Shown: piece by piece, positions 27,088-35,769 of the stretch | Layout: each line of letters opens with the position of its first letter | How positions within the stretch are numbered: position 1 is the stretch's first letter | NCBI GenBank assembly: GCA_038211705.1 | Contig: JBBQVJ010000001.1 | Coordinates: 1 to 59,756, forward strand | Direction of reading: 5' to 3' | Source of the DNA: Candidatus Limnocylindrales bacterium | GTDB lineage: Bacteria; Chloroflexota; Limnocylindria; Limnocylindrales; CSP1-4 | Length of the DNA stretch: 59,756 nucleotides | Made by a program: the position numbers and the translations under genes | The notes under the pieces: model-generated | What the model saw: the letters and a program-made list of their open reading frames with translations, nothing else | Told to the model about the DNA's origin: nothing | The model's database searches: none

Positions 27088-27134
27088 CGACGAGTCGGTG
27101 TGAACGTATCCCCCCACGTTCACCCGACTCGTCG
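27088..27134 (+). promoter_or_regulatory. Strong 19-bp hairpin / long palindrome in the leader of the MerR-like gene
   Basis: CGACGAGTCGGTGTGAACGT (27088-27107), loop ATCCCCCC, ACGTTCACCCGACTCGTCG (27116-27134). This gives 11 bp, a 1-nt bulge and 8 bp. It ends 24 nt before the GTG at 27158, with no U-tract. Confidence 0.5.
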
Positions 27135-27157
27135 GCTCCCTCACAACCGAGGCTCCC

Positions 27158-27808
27158 GTGTCCGACCCGGCCGTCGCCGCTCCCCATTGGTTGTCGCTCG
27201 GGCCTGCCAGTCGCCTGGTCGGCGTCGACCCGGACACGCTTCGCCGCTGGGCCGACGAGGGACGGATCGAGGTCTACGTCACGCCCGGCGGTCACCGCCG
27301 CTTCGACCGGCGCACGATCGACGCGCTTGTCTCCAGCCGCCCGGCGGGCAGCCGGCCACTGGCGAGCCTGGGCGCGAGCCCCGAACGCCTGGCCCGCGCC
27401 TACCGCCGGAGCTACATCAACGAGCCGGTCTCAGGACAGGTCGCCAGCGGCGACGACGCTGAGCGCGAGCGCTATCGGCGCGACGGCCGGCGCCTGGTCC
27501 AGGCGCTGGTCGCCCACCTCGACGCCGCGGCAGCCGATGCCACCGAGCGCGACCGCTCCGAGGCCGAGGCGACGGCCCTCGTCGATGACCTCGCACGTCG
27601 ACTCGCGATCTCGGGCACCAGCCTGACCGAGTCGGTCGCCCTGTTCGTGGCGGCCCGGCGACCGTTCCTCGACGAGCTGACAGGGCTGGGCCGCCGGCGG
27701 GCGCTCGACGCCGCCAGGCTCGGCGCGCTGTACGAGGATGCCTCGGGGCTGCTCGATCGGCTGCTGCTGCGGCTCATCGCGACGTTCCAGGCCACCGTGA
27801 CGCCATGA
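27158..27808 (+). CDS. MerR/excisionase-type HTH protein with a helical C-terminal domain
   Basis: HTH_17-like LSLGPASRLVGVDPDTLRRWADEGRIEVYVTPGGHRRF. The ~150-aa all-helical C-terminus is of unknown function. Confidence 0.7.
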   Translation: MSDPAVAAPHWLSLGPASRLVGVDPDTLRRWADEGRIEVYVTPGGHRRFDRRTIDALVSSRPAGSRPLASLGASPERLARAYRRSYINEPVSGQVASGDDAERERYRRDGRRLVQALVAHLDAAAADATERDRSEAEATALVDDLARRLAISGTSLTESVALFVAARRPFLDELTGLGRRRALDAARLGALYEDASGLLDRLLLRLIATFQATVTP

Positions 27809-28950
27809 ACCTCTCAGTGGTCCTGCCCGGCCTAACCTCCATCCTGGCGCTCGTCTTCGCGCTGGCCCTCTTCGACCAGTGGCGCGAGCGCCGTGGCGGG
27901 TTCCAGCTGATCTGGACGATCGGGATGGTCTTCTACGGGGTCGGCGCCGGGTGTGAGGCGCTCGCGGCGGCCAGCGGCTGGAACGAGCCCCTGTACCGGA
28001 CCTGGTACCTGACCGGCGCCGTGTGGACGGCCGGCTGGTTGGGGCTTGGGACGGCGTACCTGCTGGGCCGGACGCGGTTCGGCTACAGCTTCGCGCTGTG
28101 TCTCTTCCTGGCCGGGCTGTTCACGTTCCTCGTCCGCAACAAGCCCGAATACGCGGGGGCCGGGACGCTGCCTCTGCTGTATTTCATCGCGGCCGGGCTG
28201 CTCGCCCTGGCCGTCGCGGTGGAGACCTACTTCGCCAACGACCGCTGGCCGATGCTGGCCGCCACGGCCGTCGTGGGGGCCACGCTGCTGAGCATCGCGT
28301 TGATGGCGACGACGACGCTGGCCGCCCCGGGCTACGCGGTCGATCCGGTGACCGGCGCCCCGGTGGCGACCCTCTTCCCGCCCAGCCTTCGGCTGCTGAC
28401 GCCGTTCCTCAACATCACCGGGGCGTTCGCGCTCATCCTGGGCGCCGTCTTCTCGACCTACGTCTTCATGCCCAAGCGCCGGGTGCTGGCCTACTCGCTG
28501 GATCCGAACCAGTCCGGCGACGAGTTCCTGTTCAACCTGGCCATCGCCCCCGTCGCGATCGTGGTCAACCTCGTCGCCTCGCTGCCGGGCACCGTCCGGG
28601 CGCTCTTCGCCGGCAAGCTCCACAGCCGGGTGCCGGCCACGATCCTCATCGCGATCGGGGCGTTCGTGGCGACCCTCGGCGACACGCTCAGCCGGTTCGG
28701 GTTGACCGAGTGGTTCGAGCTCGGCAAGTTCCTGGGCGTCCTGTTCCTGTTCGCCGGGTTCCTGATCTCGATCGAGGTCTTCCGCGAGATCCGAATCCCG
28801 TTCACCTCGATCCGGATCGGGCGCGCGCGCCACGAGCCGGCCGGCGCCGAGCAGCTCGCGGCCGCCGCTGACTCGGCCGACACGGCCGACGACCATCCGG
28901 CCGGCAGCGGCGGACCCCAGCCCGGCGCGCCCGAACGAGCACGGAGCTGA
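27805..28950 (+). CDS. Polytopic membrane protein (about 10 TM), unknown family
   Basis: ATGA overlap with the MerR-like gene. Hydrophobic throughout, with an acidic/Ala-rich C-terminal tail. Confidence 0.7.
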   Translation: MNLSVVLPGLTSILALVFALALFDQWRERRGGFQLIWTIGMVFYGVGAGCEALAAASGWNEPLYRTWYLTGAVWTAGWLGLGTAYLLGRTRFGYSFALCLFLAGLFTFLVRNKPEYAGAGTLPLLYFIAAGLLALAVAVETYFANDRWPMLAATAVVGATLLSIALMATTTLAAPGYAVDPVTGAPVATLFPPSLRLLTPFLNITGAFALILGAVFSTYVFMPKRRVLAYSLDPNQSGDEFLFNLAIAPVAIVVNLVASLPGTVRALFAGKLHSRVPATILIAIGAFVATLGDTLSRFGLTEWFELGKFLGVLFLFAGFLISIEVFREIRIPFTSIRIGRARHEPAGAEQLAAAADSADTADDHPAGSGGPQPGAPERARS

Positions 28951-28978
28951 CGGGCTCTGGGCCCATCTCGCCCTCCGT

Positions 28979-29135
28979 TTGCCAAATACCCATGGAGTGG
29001 GCGCTAGGCAGGGAATCAGCCCCGAAACCTCCCGATTCGATGCTGGATCCGGACGAGCCAAGCGTGGATCTAGCCCGCGAAATCGCCACTGGCCTCCGAT
29101 TCCGTGCCTAAGAGTCCCCGGGTGGGAATTTGACA
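28979..29135. mobile_element. MITE-like inverted-repeat element, copy B
   Basis: Ends TTGCCAAATACCCATGGAGTGGGCGCTAGGCA / TGCCTAAGAGTCCCCGGGTGGGAATTTGACA. The core is homologous to copy A. An extra solo end TTGGTCAAATACCCATG lies at 29152-29168. Confidence 0.55.
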
Positions 29136-29241
29136 ACCAGAAGCAGCGGTCTTGGTCAAATACCCATGTCACGGGCAGATGGCACGAATGTGCGGGCCTC
29201 GGACAGAGTCCTTGGCCCGACATCGGCCCTACCATGACGCC

Positions 29242-30246
29242 GTGCCTGCCCGAGACCGCTCGCCCGTCGCGGGCTTCGCCATCGTCATCCTGGCCGCATC
29301 CCTCTTTGGGACGCTCGGGCCGCTGTCGCGGTTCGCCTATGGCGCCGGGATGGAGCCGCTCCCATTCGTCGCCTGGCGCGGCCTCATCGGCTTGATCGCG
29401 ACCGCGTCGTTCATCGCCTGGGGCGTGACCCGCGGCAGCGTGCGCCTGGTCGGGATCGGTGACCTCGATCGTGGGGCGCGGCTGAGCCTGGCCGTCGCGG
29501 CACTGATGGGCTTCACCCTGAACCTGGCCATGTTCATCGCCTTCGACCTGGTGACGGTCGCCCTGGCATTGCTCGGCTTCTACACCTACCCGGTCATCGT
29601 GGCCATCGTCAACGTCGTCCTCGGCCGCGAGACGCTCGATCGGCCGCGGGTCGTCGCCCTGACCCTCGCCGTCGCCGGGATGGTGGCGGTCGTCGCCTCG
29701 CAGCTCGATCCGGCAGCGGGGATCAAGTTCGATGCCATCGGGTTCGGGCTGGCGATCGGGGCGGCGCTCAGCCAGGCCGTCTTCGTGGTCATCAGTCGGA
29801 CCGGCTATCGGTCGGTCCCGGCGGTCCAGGCCATGGGCGTGATCCTGGCCACGACCGTCGTGTGCAGCCTCGCGCTCGCGCTGCTGACCGGCGCGGGTGC
29901 GGCCCTGGTCTACCCGCTGCGCGAGCCATCGATCCTGCCGCTCCTCGCATTCACCGGGCTGTTCGCCGCCGCCATCCCGTCGAGCCTGTTCCTGATCGGC
30001 ATCCGCCGGATCGGCGGGACGCGAGCCGGCATCCTGATGCTCTTCGAGCCGGTCGTCGGGGTGGCGCTGGCGGCCATCCTCCTCAACGAGCGGCTGGCGC
30101 CGATCCAGGTGCTGGGCGGGCTGGCCGTCCTGGCCGCCGCATTGATCCTCCAGCGCTCGGCACCGCCTGGCGGCCGGACCGTGGTCGCGCCGGCGATCGA
30201 GGCCGACGAAGGGCTGGGGCCGCTCGGCGCGCCGGGCGGACCCTAG
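29242..30246 (+). CDS. EamA/DMT-family transporter (10 TM)
   Basis: Two EamA-like halves. GTG at 29242 was chosen because the ORF-track start at 29152 lies in the solo repeat end. Confidence 0.8.
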   Translation: MPARDRSPVAGFAIVILAASLFGTLGPLSRFAYGAGMEPLPFVAWRGLIGLIATASFIAWGVTRGSVRLVGIGDLDRGARLSLAVAALMGFTLNLAMFIAFDLVTVALALLGFYTYPVIVAIVNVVLGRETLDRPRVVALTLAVAGMVAVVASQLDPAAGIKFDAIGFGLAIGAALSQAVFVVISRTGYRSVPAVQAMGVILATTVVCSLALALLTGAGAALVYPLREPSILPLLAFTGLFAAAIPSSLFLIGIRRIGGTRAGILMLFEPVVGVALAAILLNERLAPIQVLGGLAVLAAALILQRSAPPGGRTVVAPAIEADEGLGPLGAPGGP

Positions 30247-30248
30247 CG

Positions 30249-30919
30249 ATGGCCGCCAGGATCCGGGTCCTGATCGTGGACGACCACGCCATGGTCCGGC
30301 GCGGGATGCGCGATTTCCTCGCCCTGCACGACGACCTCGAGGTGGTCGGGAGGCCATCGACGGGCAGGGCGCGCTCGATGCCGCCGCGGCGCTCCGGCCC
30401 GACGTGGTCGTCATGGACCTGATGATGCCCGGGCTCGATGGCATCGCCGCCACGGCCGAGCTGAAGGCGCGGCATCCCGCCATCGAGGTCGTCGCCATCA
30501 CCAGCTTCATCGAGGAGGACCGGATCACGGCCGCCATCGAGGCGGACGCGAGCGGGTTCCTGCTCAAGGATGCCGAGGCCGACGACCTGGCCGGTGCCAT
30601 CCGGGCGGCCCACGCCGGCGAGGTCTACCTCGACCCGGCCGTGGCCGGCATCGTGGCGCGTCGGATGCGGGCCGGGGCAGGTCGCCTGCCGGCCGAGCGT
30701 GCCGCCGAAGCCGCCCTCGCCCAGCTGACGACCCGCGAGCGCGACGTCCTGGCCTGCGTGGCTCGCGGGCTGTCCAACCACGCGGTCGCGGTGGAGCTCG
30801 GGATGGCCGAGCGCACGGCCCGGACGCACGTCTCGAACATCCTGGCCAAGCTCGGCCTGACGAGCCGGACGCAGGCCGCGCTGTTCGCCGTAGAGCACAA
30901 GCCGGGAGGGAACACGTGA
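30249..30919 (+). pseudogene. NarL/LuxR-family response regulator interrupted by a -1 frameshift
   Basis: MAARIRVLIVDDHAMVRRGMRDFLALHDDLEVVG (30249-30350) continues as EAIDGQGALDAAAALRPDVVVMDLMMPG..LTTRERDVL..TVKTH-like HTH in the next frame. The break is at the GGG run 30348-30350. Confidence 0.75.
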
Positions 30920-31713
30920 CCGCGTGGGCCTCCCGCTCCGGCCCGGGACCGGCCGAGGCCGCGCTGCCGGACGGACCGCTCGTCACCGGGCCGGAAGGGG
31001 CGCCCGCGATCGTCTTCGTCCACGGCACGCGCCTGACGGGCTCGATGTGGGCCGCCCAGCAGGCCGATCTGGCCGATGCGTTCCGGACGATCGCCATCGA
31101 CCTGCCGGGCCACGGCACCCGCGCCAGGGAAAGGTTCACGGTCGACGGCGCCACCGACGTGCTGGCGGCCGCCATCGACGAGCACGCCGGCGGTCGAGCA
31201 GTCGTCGTGGGTCTGTCGCTCGGCGGCTACGTGGCCATGGCCCTGGCTGCCCGCCAGCCCGAGCGCGTCCGCGGCCTGGTCCTGTCCGGAGCCACGGCCG
31301 AGCCCGTCGGGCTGCGGATGGTGCCGTATCTCGCCCTCGCCGCGGTGATGGACACCATCGACGACGCCAGGCTCGACCGGCTCAACACCTGGTACGTCCG
31401 ATCGCGATTCCCGGCGGCCATCGCCGAACCGATCATCGCCGGCGGGTTCTGGTCGCAGGGCGGCGCAACGGCGCTGCGCGCCATCGTCCACGAGCGCTTC
31501 CTGCCCCGGCTGGCGGCGTATCCCGGCCCCAGCCTGCTCATCAATGGCAGTCTCGACGTGCCATTCCGGCTGTTCGCACCGATGTTCGCCGCGGCGGCCC
31601 ACGACGCGCGTCGCGTCCGGCTGACCGGCGCCACGCACCTGGCCAACCTCGATCGCCCGGCCGCCTTCAACGCCGCCGTCCGGCGGTTCGCGACCTCGCT
31701 CGGCGATGACTGA
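30916..31713 (+). CDS. Alpha/beta-fold hydrolase
   Basis: VFVHGTRLTG, nucleophile elbow GLSLGG, C-terminal GATHL. Confidence 0.8.
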   Translation: MTAWASRSGPGPAEAALPDGPLVTGPEGAPAIVFVHGTRLTGSMWAAQQADLADAFRTIAIDLPGHGTRARERFTVDGATDVLAAAIDEHAGGRAVVVGLSLGGYVAMALAARQPERVRGLVLSGATAEPVGLRMVPYLALAAVMDTIDDARLDRLNTWYVRSRFPAAIAEPIIAGGFWSQGGATALRAIVHERFLPRLAAYPGPSLLINGSLDVPFRLFAPMFAAAAHDARRVRLTGATHLANLDRPAAFNAAVRRFATSLGDD

Positions 31714-31811
31714 GCGGTCGTGGCACGGTCTCGCGCCGACCGCCTGACGGGGGCGTCCGACGGCCCCGGCTATACTGGCTCGACCCGCTGACCCCGTCAC
31801 CCTGAGGTTCG

Positions 31812-32690
31812 ATGCGCGTTCGCAAAGCCGTCTTCCCGGCCGCCGGTTGGGGCACTCGCTTCCTGCCGGCCACCAAGGCCCAGCCGAAGGAGATGCTGCC
31901 GCTCGTCGACAAGCCGATCATCCAGTACGCGGTCGAGGAGGCCGTCGCGGCCGGCGTCGAGCAGGTCATCATCGTCACCTCCAGCCAGAAGCGGGCGATC
32001 GAGGACCATTTCGACCTGTCCTATGAGCTCGAGCACCTGCTCGAGGAGAAGGGCGACATCGAGATGCTCCGCCAGGTCCGGGCCATCAGCGACCTGGCCC
32101 AGGTCGCGTACGTCCGCCAGAAGGAGCAGCTGGGGCTCGGCCACGCTGTCCTGATGGCCAAGGACCTGATCGGCCACGAGCCCTTCGCGGTCATCCTGCC
32201 CGACGACGTGGTCGTCTCCGACCGGCCGTGCATCGGCCAGCTCATCCACGCCTATCACCAGACCCACGCCTCGGTCGTGGCCGTCATGGAGGTGCCTCGC
32301 GAGGACGTCAGCCGCTATGGCGTCATCGACTCGACGCCATCGGACGACCCGCTCGACCACGGTCGGCTCCACCGGATCTCGCGGCTGATCGAGAAGCCGA
32401 CCGCCGAGGACGCGCCGTCGAACCTGGCCATCATCGGCCGCTACGTGCTGACGCCCAAGATCTTCGACAAGCTCGAGCAGACCCAGCGCGGTGCCGGCGG
32501 CGAGATCCAGCTGACCGACGCCATCCAGGCGCTGATGGAAGAGCAGGAGGTCTTCGGCTACGAGTTCGAGGGCACCCGATACGACGCCGGGACGACGATG
32601 GGCTGGCTCAAGGCCTCGGTCGAGATCGCCCTGGCCCGGGCCGACCTCGGGACGGAATTCCGCGCCTACCTGCAGGGCCTCCAGCTCTGA
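31812..32690 (+). CDS. galU: UTP--glucose-1-phosphate uridylyltransferase
   Basis: [47 protein letters not shown]. Confidence 0.9.
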   Translation: MRVRKAVFPAAGWGTRFLPATKAQPKEMLPLVDKPIIQYAVEEAVAAGVEQVIIVTSSQKRAIEDHFDLSYELEHLLEEKGDIEMLRQVRAISDLAQVAYVRQKEQLGLGHAVLMAKDLIGHEPFAVILPDDVVVSDRPCIGQLIHAYHQTHASVVAVMEVPREDVSRYGVIDSTPSDDPLDHGRLHRISRLIEKPTAEDAPSNLAIIGRYVLTPKIFDKLEQTQRGAGGEIQLTDAIQALMEEQEVFGYEFEGTRYDAGTTMGWLKASVEIALARADLGTEFRAYLQGLQL

Positions 32691-32751
32691 CGGCTGGCGG
32701 AAGGCGGGCAGCCATGGGGTACGATGCCGCGACCGTAGACGAGGGGACGAT

Positions 32752-34476
32752 TTGGCGGAGATCGGACAGGTCCTGGGCGGTCGCTACCGACTGATCGAGC
32801 TGCTGGGCAGCGGCGGGATGGCGACCATCTACCGAGCGACCGACACGGGGCTCGGTCGCGACGTGGCGCTCAAGCTGCTCCGGCCCGAGTACCTGCGCGA
32901 TCCCGACTTCTCCTCGCGGTTCCGGCAGGAGGCCCAGGCGGCGGCCTCGCTCAGCCACCCCAACGTGGTCACGGTCTACGACTACGGCGAGGACCCGAGC
33001 GGCCCGTACATCGTCATGGAGCTGGTCGAGGGCGAGGACCTGGCCACGATCCTGCGGCGAAGCGGCGCGCTGCCGCCCCGGCAGGTCGCCCGGATCGGGA
33101 CCGGCGTCGCCCGCGCGCTCGCGGCGGCCCACGCACGCGGGCTCGTGCATCGCGACGTCAAGCCCGGCAACGTGCTCATCGGCTCGGACGGGCGGGTCAA
33201 GGTCGTCGACTTCGGGATCGCCCGGGCCATCGCCGAGGCGCAGGTCACGCTGCCCGGGATGACCCTCGGCTCGGTCCACTACTTCAGCCCGGAGCAGGCC
33301 CGCGGCGAGCCGGCCACGACCGCCTCCGACATCTACAGCCTGGGCATCGTCCTGTATGAGATGCTCACCGGGAGCCGCCCCTGGGAGGGCGACAGCGCCG
33401 CCTCGGTGGCCCTCGCCCGCCTCTCCGGCCCGATCCCCGACCCGATGGCCGTTCGCACCTCCGTGCCAGCCGATCTCGCCTCGATCACGCGCAAGGCGCT
33501 CGCCCTCGACCCGCACGACCGGTGGGCATCGGCGTCGGTGATGGCCGACGCGCTCGAGGCCACGCTCCAGCCGGGTGGCGGCGCGGCAGTGGCCGGTGCC
33601 GCGGCAGGGGCAGCCGGGCTGGCCGCCGGGGCCACCATGGTCTCGGCCACGGCCCGCCCCAACCCAAGCGGCATCCCGTACGTCCCCGACGCCTATGTCG
33701 ACGCCGAAGGCATCGCGGCCGCACCAGCCGCCACACCACCACCCGCCGTGACCGGCAGCAGGGCGGCGGCCGTCGTTGAAGACGAGCACGAGGGCACGAG
33801 CCCGCTCGTCTGGGTCGCCGGTGCCATCGCCATCGCGCTCCTGGCGGCCGTCGCCTTCCTGATCTTCCAGCTCGCATCGGGCGGCGGCACCGCCCCGGTC
33901 AGCCAGGTGACGGTGCCCAACTTCGTGGGCCTCGATTCGGCCGCGGCCAGCCAGCAAGCCACGCGGCTCGGGCTCACCCTGACCTCGACCGGCCAGGTCT
34001 CCTCGGATCAGCCCGAGGGCAACGTCCTTGCCCAGGACCCGCCGGCCGGGACCCTGGTCTCGGCAGGCTCCGCGGTCAAGATCACGGTCGCCACCGGCCC
34101 CGGCAGCACGGCCGTGCCCGACCTCAAGAACAAGAACGACACGGGGGCGCTCCAGGCCATCTCGGACGCGGGCCTGACCGTCGGCGTCCGCTCGGAGGAG
34201 TTCGACCCGCTCGTCGCGGCCGGCCTGGTCGCCCGCCAGAGCCCGACCGCCGGACAGCTCGTCCTCAAGGGCACGCCGGTCGACTACGTCGTCTCCAAGG
34301 GCCCCGAGCCAACGGCGTCGCCGACCCCGAGTCCGACACCGACCCCCACGCCCACACCGACGCCCACGCCGACCCCCACGCCCACGCCGACTCCCACGCC
34401 CACGCCGACTCCCACGCCCACGCCGACGCCGACCCCGTCGCCGACGCCGACCCCGTCGCCGTCGCCGTCGCCCTGA
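32752..34476 (+). CDS. PASTA-domain Ser/Thr protein kinase (PknB-like) with a terminal Pro-Thr repeat
   Basis: Kinase motifs [22 protein letters not shown] and SPEQ. One TM and two PASTA-like units. TTG start. Confidence 0.9.
   Translation: MAEIGQVLGGRYRLIELLGSGGMATIYRATDTGLGRDVALKLLRPEYLRDPDFSSRFRQEAQAAASLSHPNVVTVYDYGEDPSGPYIVMELVEGEDLATILRRSGALPPRQVARIGTGVARALAAAHARGLVHRDVKPGNVLIGSDGRVKVVDFGIARAIAEAQVTLPGMTLGSVHYFSPEQARGEPATTASDIYSLGIVLYEMLTGSRPWEGDSAASVALARLSGPIPDPMAVRTSVPADLASITRKALALDPHDRWASASVMADALEATLQPGGGAAVAGAAAGAAGLAAGATMVSATARPNPSGIPYVPDAYVDAEGIAAAPAATPPPAVTGSRAAAVVEDEHEGTSPLVWVAGAIAIALLAAVAFLIFQLASGGGTAPVSQVTVPNFVGLDSAAASQQATRLGLTLTSTGQVSSDQPEGNVLAQDPPAGTLVSAGSAVKITVATGPGSTAVPDLKNKNDTGALQAISDAGLTVGVRSEEFDPLVAAGLVARQSPTAGQLVLKGTPVDYVVSKGPEPTASPTPSPTPTPTPTPTPTPTPTPTPTPTPTPTPTPTPTPTPSPTPTPSPSPSP
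34312..34473 (+). repeat. (ACS CCS)n microsatellite-like repeat encoding a (TP/SP)n tail
   Basis: About 50 residues of TP/SP dipeptides run to the stop codon. Confidence 0.85.
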
Positions 34477-34480
34477 GCGA

Positions 34481-34834
34481 TCAGCTCCGGCGGTCGCCGT
34501 TCGGGCGCTGCCGCTGGATCTCGACGCCGGCGTAGTCGAGCGGGCCGTCGAGTTGGACCTTCGGCTTGCGCAGCCGGACGGTCACCTCGTCGACGTCGAA
34601 GTCGGCGAGGAGCTCGTGGCTGATCGCCTCGGCCAGCGCCTCGAGCAGGCGAAATGAGGTCGACTCGACGATCTGCCGGACAGCGCCGTAGACCTTGCCG
34701 TAGTCGACCGACCGCTCGAGGTCGTCGTCGACGCCGGCGGGCTGGAGGTTGAGCCGCAGCTCGACATCGACCTCGAACCGCTGCGTCGTGAGCAGCTCGT
34801 GGTCGTAGTAGCCGTGACGGCCCTCGAACCGCAT
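34481..34834 (-). CDS. folB: Dihydroneopterin aldolase
   Basis: MRFEGRHGYYDHE..VDYGKVY. The conserved N-terminal DRIILAN lies upstream of the ATG, so a non-ATG start near 34857 is possible. Confidence 0.8.
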   Translation of the reverse strand: MRFEGRHGYYDHELLTTQRFEVDVELRLNLQPAGVDDDLERSVDYGKVYGAVRQIVESTSFRLLEALAEAISHELLADFDVDEVTVRLRKPKVQLDGPLDYAGVEIQRQRPNGDRRS

Positions 34835-34857
34835 GTTGGCGAGGATGATCCGGTCGG

Positions 34858-35769
34858 TCAGCTGGGGCCTCCTTTGGGCGCATCTGGGCGTTCCCCGCGA
34901 ACGATCGCGTCACTGACCCGCGCGACGCGGACATTGGCCTCGACATCGTGGACCCGGACGAGATCGACCCCACCGGCGATGCCAAGGGCCGTCGTGGCGA
35001 GCGTCGCCTCGAGCCGCTGCTCGGCCGGCAGGTCGAGGAGGCGGCCCAGGGTCGACTTGCGGCTGGCACCGAGCAGGATCGGGCGGCGGAGCATCGCGAG
35101 GCTCGGCAACCCGCGCATCAGCTCGAGGTTGTGATCGGCCGTCTTGCCGAACCCGAACCCGGGATCGACGATCAGGTCGTCCCAGCGCACACCCAGCCGC
35201 AGCGCCCGCTCGATCGCGCGCTGGAGATCGGCGATCAGCTCGGGCAGGAACGCCGTGTAGCGCGCCTCGGACCGGTTGTGCATCACGATCAGCGGCACGC
35301 CGTGATCGGCCGCCAGCCGGGCCAGCGCGTCGTCGTCACCAACGCCCCACACATCGTTGATGAGATCGGCGCCTGCCGCGAGGGCCGCCTCGGCGACGGC
35401 CGGCTTGGTCGTATCGATGCTCAACGGGGTGTCCGGCAGGGCCGCCCGGAGCGCCGCAACGACCGGCACGACACGATGGCGCTCCTCGTCGAGACCGACC
35501 GGGGCGTGGCCGGGTCGGGTCGATTCCCCGCCGACGTCGAGCAGATCGGCGCCCTCGGCGACCATCCGACGGCCGGTCGCGACGGCGGCCTCGACGGGGT
35601 CGTCGTTCGCCCGGCCGGCCTCCAGCAGGCCGTCGCCCGAGAACGAATCGGGCGTCACGTTGAGGATCCCCATCACGAACGTCCGCTCGCCCCAGCGGAA
35701 CGTGGCCGGACCGATCTTCGTGGCACCGCGCGTGGTCCCTCGCGTGGTCGCCTGTGCGCTCTCGGTCAT
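34858..35769 (-). CDS. folP: Dihydropteroate synthase
   Basis: MGILNVTPDSFSGDG..DVGGESTRPG..SIDT..NDV. Confidence 0.9.
   Translation of the reverse strand: MTESAQATTRGTTRGATKIGPATFRWGERTFVMGILNVTPDSFSGDGLLEAGRANDDPVEAAVATGRRMVAEGADLLDVGGESTRPGHAPVGLDEERHRVVPVVAALRAALPDTPLSIDTTKPAVAEAALAAGADLINDVWGVGDDDALARLAADHGVPLIVMHNRSEARYTAFLPELIADLQRAIERALRLGVRWDDLIVDPGFGFGKTADHNLELMRGLPSLAMLRRPILLGASRKSTLGRLLDLPAEQRLEATLATTALGIAGGVDLVRVHDVEANVRVARVSDAIVRGERPDAPKGGPS

Noticed and set aside
26582-27157. Integrase/attachment site next to tRNA-Glu
   Set aside because: No integrase-like ORF is present on either strand, and I could not find a direct repeat of the tRNA 3' end downstream by eye. It is kept only as a low-interest eroded-island hypothesis.
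27832-30600. 922-aa minus-strand ORF spanning the membrane protein, repeat element, EamA and regulator genes
   Set aside because: It crosses intergenic repeat DNA and three real genes and has shadow-ORF composition.
34284-35069. Minus-strand ORF with a (GV)n run, or a CRISPR-like regular repeat, at 34320-34470
   Set aside because: The periodicity is 6 nt with no spacers, so it is not a CRISPR array. It is the antisense of the (TP)n tail of the kinase gene.
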